A DNA stretch of 32,000 nt from Candidatus Methanophagaceae archaeon (lineage in GTDB: Archaea > Halobacteriota > Syntropharchaeia > Alkanophagales > Methanospirareceae). The position numbers and the translations under genes are program-made. The stretch lies in assembly GCA_003194425.1 (NCBI GenBank), contig PQXB01000002.1, forward strand, positions 30,001 to 62,000, in the 5' to 3' direction. Every line of letters begins with the position of its first letter. Positions within the stretch are counted from its first letter, which is position 1. The notes below the pieces were generated by a model. It saw only the letters and a list, made by a program, of their open reading frames with translations, did not search any database and was not told the origin of the DNA. Below, piece by piece: positions 8,666 through 15,689 of this stretch.

Positions 8666-8746
8666 GAACCCGAGGTCTCACCTCACTCTCATTCTCACTT
8701 TCCTCTCTCTTTCTTCTCTCCTTCCAACCACCTCTGAATCCACCGC

Positions 8747-9970
8747 TCAACTCCCGCCGTCCCACCGAAACCTCAGCACTGCAGCGATTCCGCCCAACCC
8801 TTTCAGTCGCTTTCCCGGCTCGAACTCAGTGCTGAAGACCACCACTCTCCCCCTCCCGCTCTCCACAGCCTTAAGAATTTTCTCTACCTCACGCCTTTCC
8901 TCCTCCGCCTCCTCCGCCTCCTCACCCTCTTCTTCGCCAGCGCTCAGTTTTTCGTCGCTGACCAGCAGGGTTTCAACCGCGCCGAACTGCAGAGCCTCCC
9001 AGACCTCTTCCTTCCCGTACACCGCCTTTCCGCCCTTCTCTTTACTTATTTCTTGCATTAACTTGTCCAGCAGTCGAACCTCTCGTGTTAGCCGCTCCTC
9101 GCTCTTCAGCCGTTCCACCGCCCCGCGTTTCAGAACCTCCAGGAAGCCCGAAGTTCCGACGCTCGACGCCTGCTCGGTTCTCGCTCGCTTGGCTAACTCC
9201 GCGTCCTTTTCCTTCAAGAACGAGAAAAAGTCGTTCTTCACGAACCCGGGACCTGCGATAATTATTGCCCCTCCTGCTGCTGCTCCTCCTCTGCCTCCTC
9301 TGGATGTGTAAAGAAAAGAGGTCTTCAACTGCTTTAGCACGGCGTTGAAAAAATCGCTTTTACTGCCTGCACCTGCGCTACCCTCTCCTTTCCCGGAGCC
9401 GAGCCTTATCGAGAAGAGTTCGTCTACGCCGTACTGCCTCACGACGCCCGCAACCGCCTCGCCCTCCTCAATCGTAACTACAACAACCTCGGGAGAAGCA
9501 ACCGCCGCCGCTCTCTCCGCCTCTCGCAGCCTCTTCAACTGGTGCTCCTTCCACTCCTTCACGACCGAGAGTTCTGTACCTTGCCCGATGTTTAGGGAGT
9601 GGTAAGACCCCAGTTCTGTCTCCGCTCCCCTCTCCGCCCCCACCTCGATCACGCCTTTCACACGCAGCCTGCGGGAGAACTTGTGAAATTCAACGCTCTC
9701 CACTCTCACGCCCAACCGAACAGGTTTCTTCTCGGTCTTGTCCGGGCGGATTTTGTCGGTCGCTCCTTCTAATCTGCGGTAGGAGAGGGCGAAGACGAGG
9801 TCGCCCGTCTCGATTAAGTGCTTGAGGTGCCACAAGTCGTCCAACGACTCTGGGATTAGCGAAATCTCCCCTGTTTTTCCTCCCCGCCCCTTTTCTCCTC
9901 CCCGCCCCTTTTCTCCTCCGTTCCCCCTTTCTCCTCCTCTCGTTTTTATCCTCTTTTTTAAGACCCGCAT
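8747..9970 (-). CDS. pelA: Pelota (Dom34-like mRNA surveillance / ribosome rescue factor)
   Basis: 407 aa. SLIPESLDDLWHLKHLIETGDLVFA N-domain, eRF1-like middle and C domains. N-terminal insert GGERGNGGEKGRGGEKGRGGKTG comes from an 18-bp repeat at 9873-9935. Confidence 0.9.
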   Translation of the reverse strand: MRVLKKRIKTRGGERGNGGEKGRGGEKGRGGKTGEISLIPESLDDLWHLKHLIETGDLVFALSYRRLEGATDKIRPDKTEKKPVRLGVRVESVEFHKFSRRLRVKGVIEVGAERGAETELGSYHSLNIGQGTELSVVKEWKEHQLKRLREAERAAAVASPEVVVVTIEEGEAVAGVVRQYGVDELFSIRLGSGKGEGSAGAGSKSDFFNAVLKQLKTSFLYTSRGGRGGAAAGGAIIIAGPGFVKNDFFSFLKEKDAELAKRARTEQASSVGTSGFLEVLKRGAVERLKSEERLTREVRLLDKLMQEISKEKGGKAVYGKEEVWEALQFGAVETLLVSDEKLSAGEEEGEEAEEAEEERREVEKILKAVESGRGRVVVFSTEFEPGKRLKGLGGIAAVLRFRWDGGS

Positions 9971-10089
9971 CTTGAGAAGAAGAGATATTTTGTAGCAAAA
10001 AACGCAAAAAAATCAAAAACCTTTTAAACAACATTTTTCTTACATTTTTGTCAAAAGTAAAAATAAAAAATTAGGAGGTGAGGGGAAAA
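9971..10089. promoter_or_regulatory. AT-rich divergent promoter region (pelota <-> cytochrome 1) with TATA-like boxes and a strong SD for cytochrome 1
   Basis: TATA-like ccttttaaaca (about 10019-10031) and aaagtaaaaataaaaaatt (about 10052-10071). GGAGGTG at 10074-10080, 9 nt before ATG 10090. Confidence 0.45.
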
Positions 10090-10908
10090 ATGAACACGAA
10101 CAAATTGGTTTTGTTGGGAGTAGCAGTCGTAGCAATCGGGATATTCGCACTGCCGAGCACGGTCTCGCTCTTCGCAGGTCAGCACGTCTGGTACGACATT
10201 AGCCAACCGGAAAATAATGTTCCGTGTATAAAGTGCCACGCAGATATTTATGGAGAGTTTCTGATGTCGGGTGCTCACCAAACATTAGCTGGCGGAGAGT
10301 CCAGTAATAGCACGAATAGTACTACCTATGATTCAAATAAGGCCTGCGCCGCGTGCCACCGAGTTGACTCTGTTGATTACAAATTCGCAAGTGGAGATGG
10401 CGGCAGCTTCACTCGAGGTAACAAAGCACACGCAGCCGCTACAATCGCGTGTATGGCATGCCATGAATTTGGTTCTACGGCAGAAGACAAGGGACCGGCA
10501 GCGGGAGGATTTGCACAGCCGTCATACGGTGTTGGATTTGAAGGACAACAATACCACTACACCGATGATATGCATAAAGGGGAACACGCAGCACACAACC
10601 CGTTTATTGCACAAGCGATAAACTCAGAGATGCTCGAAGATTCCAACGAGGCGTGCTTAGCCTGCCACACCTACATCCCAGTCAAGATAAACTGGAGCCA
10701 CGCGAGAAGCCTGGAGTTCAACATCGAGCCAGAAATAAATACAACCGACTGGAGCCACGACTGGAACGTAACCGAGTGGGGCATAAATACAAGCAGCTAC
10801 GCCAATGCAACAGTCTGGGGAAACACAACAGGATATGGAAACACGACTTACTACAAAAACTGGCCAGGCGACATAGACGAGATATACGAGAACGAAAACA
10901 GCGATTGA
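10090..10908 (+). CDS. Tetrahaem c-type cytochrome, secreted or membrane-anchored, sequon-rich
   Basis: 4 CxxCH (CIKCH, CAACH, CMACH, CLACH). N-terminal hydrophobic segment LVLLGVAVVAIGIFALPSTVSLFAGQHVWYD. 9 N-x-S/T sequons, 7 of them in the last ~75 aa. ATG 10090 is preferred over the track's GTG at 10078 because of SD spacing. Confidence 0.9.
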   Translation: MNTNKLVLLGVAVVAIGIFALPSTVSLFAGQHVWYDISQPENNVPCIKCHADIYGEFLMSGAHQTLAGGESSNSTNSTTYDSNKACAACHRVDSVDYKFASGDGGSFTRGNKAHAAATIACMACHEFGSTAEDKGPAAGGFAQPSYGVGFEGQQYHYTDDMHKGEHAAHNPFIAQAINSEMLEDSNEACLACHTYIPVKINWSHARSLEFNIEPEINTTDWSHDWNVTEWGINTSSYANATVWGNTTGYGNTTYYKNWPGDIDEIYENENSD

Positions 10909-10928
10909 GCAGCAGCAGTGCAAGACGA

Positions 10929-10988
10929 AGGTAACCCTTCCCTTTCTTCTCTTCGGGGCTGGGGTTACCTACTTTTTTATTTTTTTAG
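10929..10988 (+). terminator. Stem-loop plus T-run downstream of cytochrome 1
   Basis: Perfect 9-bp inverted repeat aggtaaccc (10929-10937) / gggttacct (10962-10970), followed by acttttttatttttttag. Confidence 0.55.
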
Positions 10989-11042
10989 TTTTAACACACA
11001 AAATAAACACACAAAACAAAAAAAGAGCAAGAAAGAGCCAAA

Positions 11043-11810
11043 ATGCAAGCCTTCGCAGAAGCGGTAATATTAAGCCTCGTGGTCAGTGTGTTCGTAGCAT
11101 CTCTCTTGTTCTTCTTCTACTCGACTGCAGTAAACGGCACCGAACTGCCTCTCCGTCTCTACACCCAAGTCAAGAGAAAATACCGCGAGCATTCAAGGAA
11201 GAAGAGAGTAAAAGAGCGGCTCGAAGAATTCAAGACCGCCTCGGGCAGCAGACCGTCCCTTCTCGTCTCTTCGCTCCTCTTCTCGCTCTTCCTGCTCGTC
11301 GTCTTTGCTCTACTATTTAAACTCGCGTTCTTCTCCGCCGTCACCTCGGACAGCATGCGACCCACATTTGAACGCGGTGACCTCGTGGCAATGCAGAAGA
11401 TTCAGACCACGCCAAAAGAGGGCGACATAATTATGTTTGAGCGACCTGATTTCCTGCTTCCTTTTATTCATCGCGTCGTCGCAGTGACCGAGGAGAAGGG
11501 AGGCAAGCGGAAAGTGAGGACAAAAGGGGACGCTTGCGAGAGAGTAGATCCTTGGGTTCTGCCCGAGGGAGCGGTCGAGGCGAAAGCCGTGCAGTTAGGC
11601 GGACGAGCAGTGGTTCTAAAAGATGTCGGCAATTATTTCATCCTCGACGCCCGAGAGAGGCGAATTGGCAGGTACGGACTGGAATACACTTTTATGAAGA
11701 ACATTTTTTTTATTTTGCGGATGTACGGCTACGCGTTCTGCGTCCTTGCAATCATTGGTTATTTGGTCTTGACGATCAGGGAGATGCAGACGAGGAAGAG
11801 GAGGGGGTAA
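11043..11810 (+). CDS. Signal peptidase I, ER/archaeal (SEC11/SipW-like, Ser-His) type, with an extra N-terminal TM plus basic loop and a C-terminal TM
   Basis: 255 aa. Box B SDSMRPTF, box C GDLV, box D HRVV (His rather than the bacterial Lys), box E TKGDACERVD. Hydrophobic segments at about aa 5-27, 71-97 and 215-243. Basic loop KRKYREHSRKKRVKERL. Confidence 0.85.
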   Translation: MQAFAEAVILSLVVSVFVASLLFFFYSTAVNGTELPLRLYTQVKRKYREHSRKKRVKERLEEFKTASGSRPSLLVSSLLFSLFLLVVFALLFKLAFFSAVTSDSMRPTFERGDLVAMQKIQTTPKEGDIIMFERPDFLLPFIHRVVAVTEEKGGKRKVRTKGDACERVDPWVLPEGAVEAKAVQLGGRAVVLKDVGNYFILDARERRIGRYGLEYTFMKNIFFILRMYGYAFCVLAIIGYLVLTIREMQTRKRRG

Positions 11811-11814
11811 AAAG

Positions 11815-12600
11815 ATGAAAGGATTCTTCTTAATCGCGGTTGCAGTAGTCGCGGTCGGCATCTTCGTGCTTCCGAGCACGGTCTCGTTCTTCACCGAGCA
11901 GCACAACTGGTACGACCTTTCTCCAGCGACACATGTGCAAGCGAGCTGGGGAAGAAATGATGTGCCGTGCGAGAAATGTCATACTGATGTTGAAGGACAG
12001 ATGCAGAGTCCTGAGAACGGTGCGCACCGCGATTTAACCTGCGCTGATTGTCACAGGGCTCCTTTTACCGAATATAATTACGCTCGCGGGAACTACATTT
12101 GCGTAAACAAATTTGGAATCCCCAAATGGCAAGGCACAAAACCAGGTAAAGAAGCACACGCCGCATCCGTGGTCGCGTGTACGGACTGTCACACTGCTAA
12201 TGACACCGAGATACACCCGCGTGACCCTGAATATGTTACAAGGTGTAACGACTGCCATCACTCTCCGCCGAAAGAAATTGAAGATAAATGGAAATGGATG
12301 ATCGCAGGCGGTTTCGGACTGACCGGTAGAACGAACGACACAGGCGAGAAGGAGGCACACGAGAAGTTCCTGCACGACGCGATTGAGAACGCCTCCTTGA
12401 AAGGTTCGAACGAGGCTTGCATCGCCTGCCACACTGCTACCTCGGTTACAGTCACATATTTAGTGCCGCAAGGCTACAAAATTAAGTCAAGCAGGAAGTG
12501 GGAGGGCGACGAGGCTTGCGGCGAGTGGGAAGTTAATTTCTCGTACTGCAACTTTACCCGCGTGGAAGGAGCGAGCGGAGGAGCGAGCGGCGATGATTAA
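11815..12600 (+). CDS. Pentahaem c-type cytochrome, paralogue of cytochrome 1
   Basis: 5 CxxCH (CEKCH, CADCH, CTDCH, CNDCH, CIACH). N-terminus FLIAVAVVAVGIFVLPSTVSFFTEQHNWYD. Starts 4 nt after the peptidase stop. Confidence 0.9.
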   Translation: MKGFFLIAVAVVAVGIFVLPSTVSFFTEQHNWYDLSPATHVQASWGRNDVPCEKCHTDVEGQMQSPENGAHRDLTCADCHRAPFTEYNYARGNYICVNKFGIPKWQGTKPGKEAHAASVVACTDCHTANDTEIHPRDPEYVTRCNDCHHSPPKEIEDKWKWMIAGGFGLTGRTNDTGEKEAHEKFLHDAIENASLKGSNEACIACHTATSVTVTYLVPQGYKIKSSRKWEGDEACGEWEVNFSYCNFTRVEGASGGASGDD

Positions 12601-13744
12601 AATCAAATACAAATACAAGGTCGCGGTGCTCGTCTTGGTTGTTCTTACTGCGTCTTTAGCCTGTTCTGTCTTCTCTTCTTCTCTCTTTGAGGGGCAGCAC
12701 ACTTGGTACGACCTCTCTGCGCCCGAAAACGATGTGTCCTGCTACAAGTGCCATAAAAATATCAGAGCAGAGTTTGACGAGACGCCCTCGACGCCCCTGC
12801 CTCCGGGAAGCGGTGTACCGCACAAGGACAAATCGTGTGAGTACTGCCACAGGAGCGAGCCGGGCGTAACCTACGCGAACGGCTCTGGTAAGTACTCGGA
12901 GCCTGGTGAAGAAGCCCACGCCGCCTCTGTTCCCTTGTGCCAGCAGTGCCACGAGCACGAGAGCAAAGACCTCGCGGCTGCAGATGAGTCGCACAAGCCG
13001 TTGAACCGGGGTGGAGGGAGTGGCTCTGCCGCAGAGTCTAACGAGGCTTGCGTCTTGTGCCACACGGGCTTTGACAAGAGCATTGACTTTACGAGACCGC
13101 TCTATGTGGAGTACGAGATTAAGAATGTCAGCGGAACTTGGTTAGTTCATAATTTCAACCTCGGTCCGAGCAGCACCGCCACAGTAAACCTGACCCCACC
13201 CGGCGAGAGGCACACTTGGAAGAACGCGTCCGCGGTCAACTGCTTTGACTGCCACTCCGACATCAAGAACGCACTCAAGAACGGTGGGCACGTGCCGAGC
13301 AGTGGAAAAACTCTTTCAGGCACCGCAGTTTCAGGACACAAAGGCAGGCGACACAACTTTAGTAGAACCAGCACCGGCGTGAGCGTCGAAGACTGTAAGC
13401 CCTGCCACCGACCGAGTTTGTCTGACTTTGGAGCAGGCTACAACCACTTGGAAGCACGGCTCGACTACCACGCCGCGACGACCGAGCACTGCTACGACTG
13501 CCACTACAACGGAACTGCAACCGCGTTCAACGAAACTGGCTCAGGCTGTGTAGAGTGCCACAACATTTTACGAACTCCTGGAAACCACACCGAAATATTG
13601 AACAGCACCTTCTCCCAGAATTTCTGCGGGTACAAAATTGACAAGGTCTGCGTCGGCTGCCACCTGCCTGGTCCTGGCACCAGCGTGCCGTTTTCCGACA
13701 GGCACTTCACGATTTACACCGAGCCGAACGCCACAATTTTATGA
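12593..13744 (+). CDS. Nonahaem c-type cytochrome: shared tetrahaem core plus a 5-haem C-terminal extension
   Basis: 9 CxxCH (CYKCH, CEYCH, CQQCH, CVLCH, CFDCH, CKPCH, CYDCH, CVECH, CVGCH). N-terminus VAVLVLVVLTASLACSVFSSSLFEGQHTWYD. 8-nt overlap with the upstream cytochrome (gcgATGATTAA). 10 sequons. Confidence 0.9.
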   Translation: MIKIKYKYKVAVLVLVVLTASLACSVFSSSLFEGQHTWYDLSAPENDVSCYKCHKNIRAEFDETPSTPLPPGSGVPHKDKSCEYCHRSEPGVTYANGSGKYSEPGEEAHAASVPLCQQCHEHESKDLAAADESHKPLNRGGGSGSAAESNEACVLCHTGFDKSIDFTRPLYVEYEIKNVSGTWLVHNFNLGPSSTATVNLTPPGERHTWKNASAVNCFDCHSDIKNALKNGGHVPSSGKTLSGTAVSGHKGRRHNFSRTSTGVSVEDCKPCHRPSLSDFGAGYNHLEARLDYHAATTEHCYDCHYNGTATAFNETGSGCVECHNILRTPGNHTEILNSTFSQNFCGYKIDKVCVGCHLPGPGTSVPFSDRHFTIYTEPNATIL

Positions 13745-13805
13745 CTTTCACAACAGTTAGCATTTATTTCCGTTTCTTTGGCAAAGAAAGGTTTAAAGAA
13801 AGGTT

Positions 13806-15173
13806 TTAGGCGAACATTACCCCCATTTCTTTGCTCTTCGCACTCAGACCCAGACACGACCGCTGCTCCTCCCCCAGAATCTTTTTTATCGCGTGCACGA
13901 ATTCTGCAGTTCCCACTGCACTCTTGTTCCTTTTCACAGCGAGCATTCCCGCCTCTGTGGAGATTGCTTTTATCTCAGCACCCGTGGCGTTCTCGGTAAG
14001 CGCCGCTAAATTCTCAAAATTCACGCCCTTCTCCAATTTCATCCCTGCCTTGTGCGTGTGAATTCTGAATATTTCCAGCCTCGCTTCCCGGTCTGGCACA
14101 GGAATTTCAATGACGCGGTCGAACCTCCCAGGGCGGAGCAGAGCAGGGTCAAGAATGTCAGGTCTGTTCGTCGCCCCAATTATCCGAACCTCCCCTCTCG
14201 GGTCGAAGCCGTCAATCTCGGCTAAAAGCTGCAACATCGTTCGCTGCACTTCTCGCTCGCCCGAAGTCCCGTCCTCGGTTCTGCGAGCCGCTACCGCGTC
14301 CAACTCGTCAATAAAAAGAATCGAAGGTGCTTTCTCCTTCGCCAGCGCAAAAAGTTCCCGCACCAGCCTCGCACCTTCGCCGATGTATTTCTGCACCAAC
14401 TCCGAGCCGACGACGCGGATAAAAGTGGCAGAAGTCCGATTCGCAACAGCCTTCGCAAGCAGCGTCTTTCCAGTGCCGGGCAGACCTGTAAGAAGCACAG
14501 CCTTCGGCGGCACCACTCCCACTCGCTCAAACCGCTCGGGCGCAGTCAGCGGCAACTCCACCACTTCCCGCACTTCTTCTACCTGCTCCCTCAGCCCCCC
14601 AATCATCTTGTAGTCCACGCACGGCGTTTCAATCACTTCCATTCCGTGCACCGACGGGTCCTTCGCAGAGGGGAGCACGCTAACCACCGCCAGCGACTGC
14701 TGACTCATTCCGACTTGCGCGCCGGGTGCGAGTTCTCTTGGGTCTACGAGTTGGGGAGCGTAAGTCACGACGAAGCGCGGTCCTGTGCTGCTCCTCACGA
14801 CCACTCGGTTGTCTGCTTCTGCTCCGTCGGTCCCCTCAATTCTCTCCACAACCGTGCCAACGATCAACGGCGGAGAAGACAACTTCTCTAACTCGGTCTG
14901 CAGCTTTTTTATCTCCCGCTCGTACCGCACCCGCATACTTTCGTAATATCGCCACTCTCGCTCTATTTTCCCCAACCGCGCCCTCAACTTGTAGTTCGCC
15001 TCCTCCAACTGCCGCATTTTATCCTGCAAGTGCCCGAAGTAGTTCTCGCCACACGGTTTGCCGCACGATTCTCCGCTGCCTCTCGTGCCTCCGCTGCCTC
15101 TCGTGCCTGCACCTGCACTTGCTTCTGCACCTGTGCTTGAGTTTATGCTTGTGCTTGCTTTCATCTTGCCCAA
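13806..15173 (-). CDS. pan: Proteasome-activating nucleotidase (AAA+ ATPase, Rpt-like)
   Basis: 455 aa. Coiled-coil N-terminus, OB region, Walker A GLPGTGKTLLAKAVA, Walker B ILFIDELDA, GATNRPDILDPALLRPGRFDR. Low-complexity N-terminus with an 18-bp repeat at 15072-15107. Confidence 0.92.
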   Translation of the reverse strand: MGKMKASTSINSSTGAEASAGAGTRGSGGTRGSGESCGKPCGENYFGHLQDKMRQLEEANYKLRARLGKIEREWRYYESMRVRYEREIKKLQTELEKLSSPPLIVGTVVERIEGTDGAEADNRVVVRSSTGPRFVVTYAPQLVDPRELAPGAQVGMSQQSLAVVSVLPSAKDPSVHGMEVIETPCVDYKMIGGLREQVEEVREVVELPLTAPERFERVGVVPPKAVLLTGLPGTGKTLLAKAVANRTSATFIRVVGSELVQKYIGEGARLVRELFALAKEKAPSILFIDELDAVAARRTEDGTSGEREVQRTMLQLLAEIDGFDPRGEVRIIGATNRPDILDPALLRPGRFDRVIEIPVPDREARLEIFRIHTHKAGMKLEKGVNFENLAALTENATGAEIKAISTEAGMLAVKRNKSAVGTAEFVHAIKKILGEEQRSCLGLSAKSKEMGVMFA

Positions 15174-15209
15174 CTATTTATCTCTCCAGCCTCAAATATA
15201 AAAGTAAAA

Positions 15210-15689
15210 ATGACGCAATGTGAAATCTGCGGTGCGGAAATAAAAGGAGGAAGAGCGGGGCTGTGCATAAAAATCGGCTCCTCTGAACTGCGGGTTTGCA
15301 AGTCGTGTGCTCGGCACGGAACAGTCGTGGAGACGGCGGAGACGGAAGCGGAGAGGAGAGGCGGAGGCGGAAGCGGAGGCGGAAGAGACAAGAAACAGCA
15401 GACAGCAGTGGTAGGAGCAGGAAAGAGAGCAGAAGCGGAGAGAAGGCAGGACTCAAGGTTGTACGAGAAAATGGAGCACGATTTAGACGCGGAGGCGGAA
15501 CTCGCGGAGGACTACGGGCAGCGGATAAAAAAGGCGAGGGAGAAAGCGGGGCTGAAGCAAGCCGCGTTCGCACAAAAAATAAACGAGAAGCAGTCGTTGC
15601 TGCGGAAGATTGAGAGAGAGGAGGTGCTGCCCAGCGAGGCAGTGCGACGGAAAATAGAGCGTTCTCTCAATATTTCACTCTCTGAATAA
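15210..15689 (+). CDS. mbf1: Archaeal multiprotein bridging factor 1 (Zn-ribbon plus HTH_3)
   Basis: 159 aa. N-terminal CEICG...CKSC zinc ribbon. C-terminal HTH DYGQRIKKAREKAGLKQAAFAQKINEKQSLLRKIERE. G/E/R-rich linker. Confidence 0.85.
   Translation: MTQCEICGAEIKGGRAGLCIKIGSSELRVCKSCARHGTVVETAETEAERRGGGGSGGGRDKKQQTAVVGAGKRAEAERRQDSRLYEKMEHDLDAEAELAEDYGQRIKKAREKAGLKQAAFAQKINEKQSLLRKIEREEVLPSEAVRRKIERSLNISLSE

Noticed and set aside
8655-9311. 218-aa + strand ORF
   Set aside because: It is antisense to pelota and is an S/P/L-rich low-complexity frame.
10078-10089. GTG at 10078 as the start of cytochrome 1
   Set aside because: That GTG lies inside the GGAGGTG Shine-Dalgarno sequence. ATG 10090 is 9 nt downstream of the SD and gives a normal n-region (MNTNK) before the hydrophobic core.
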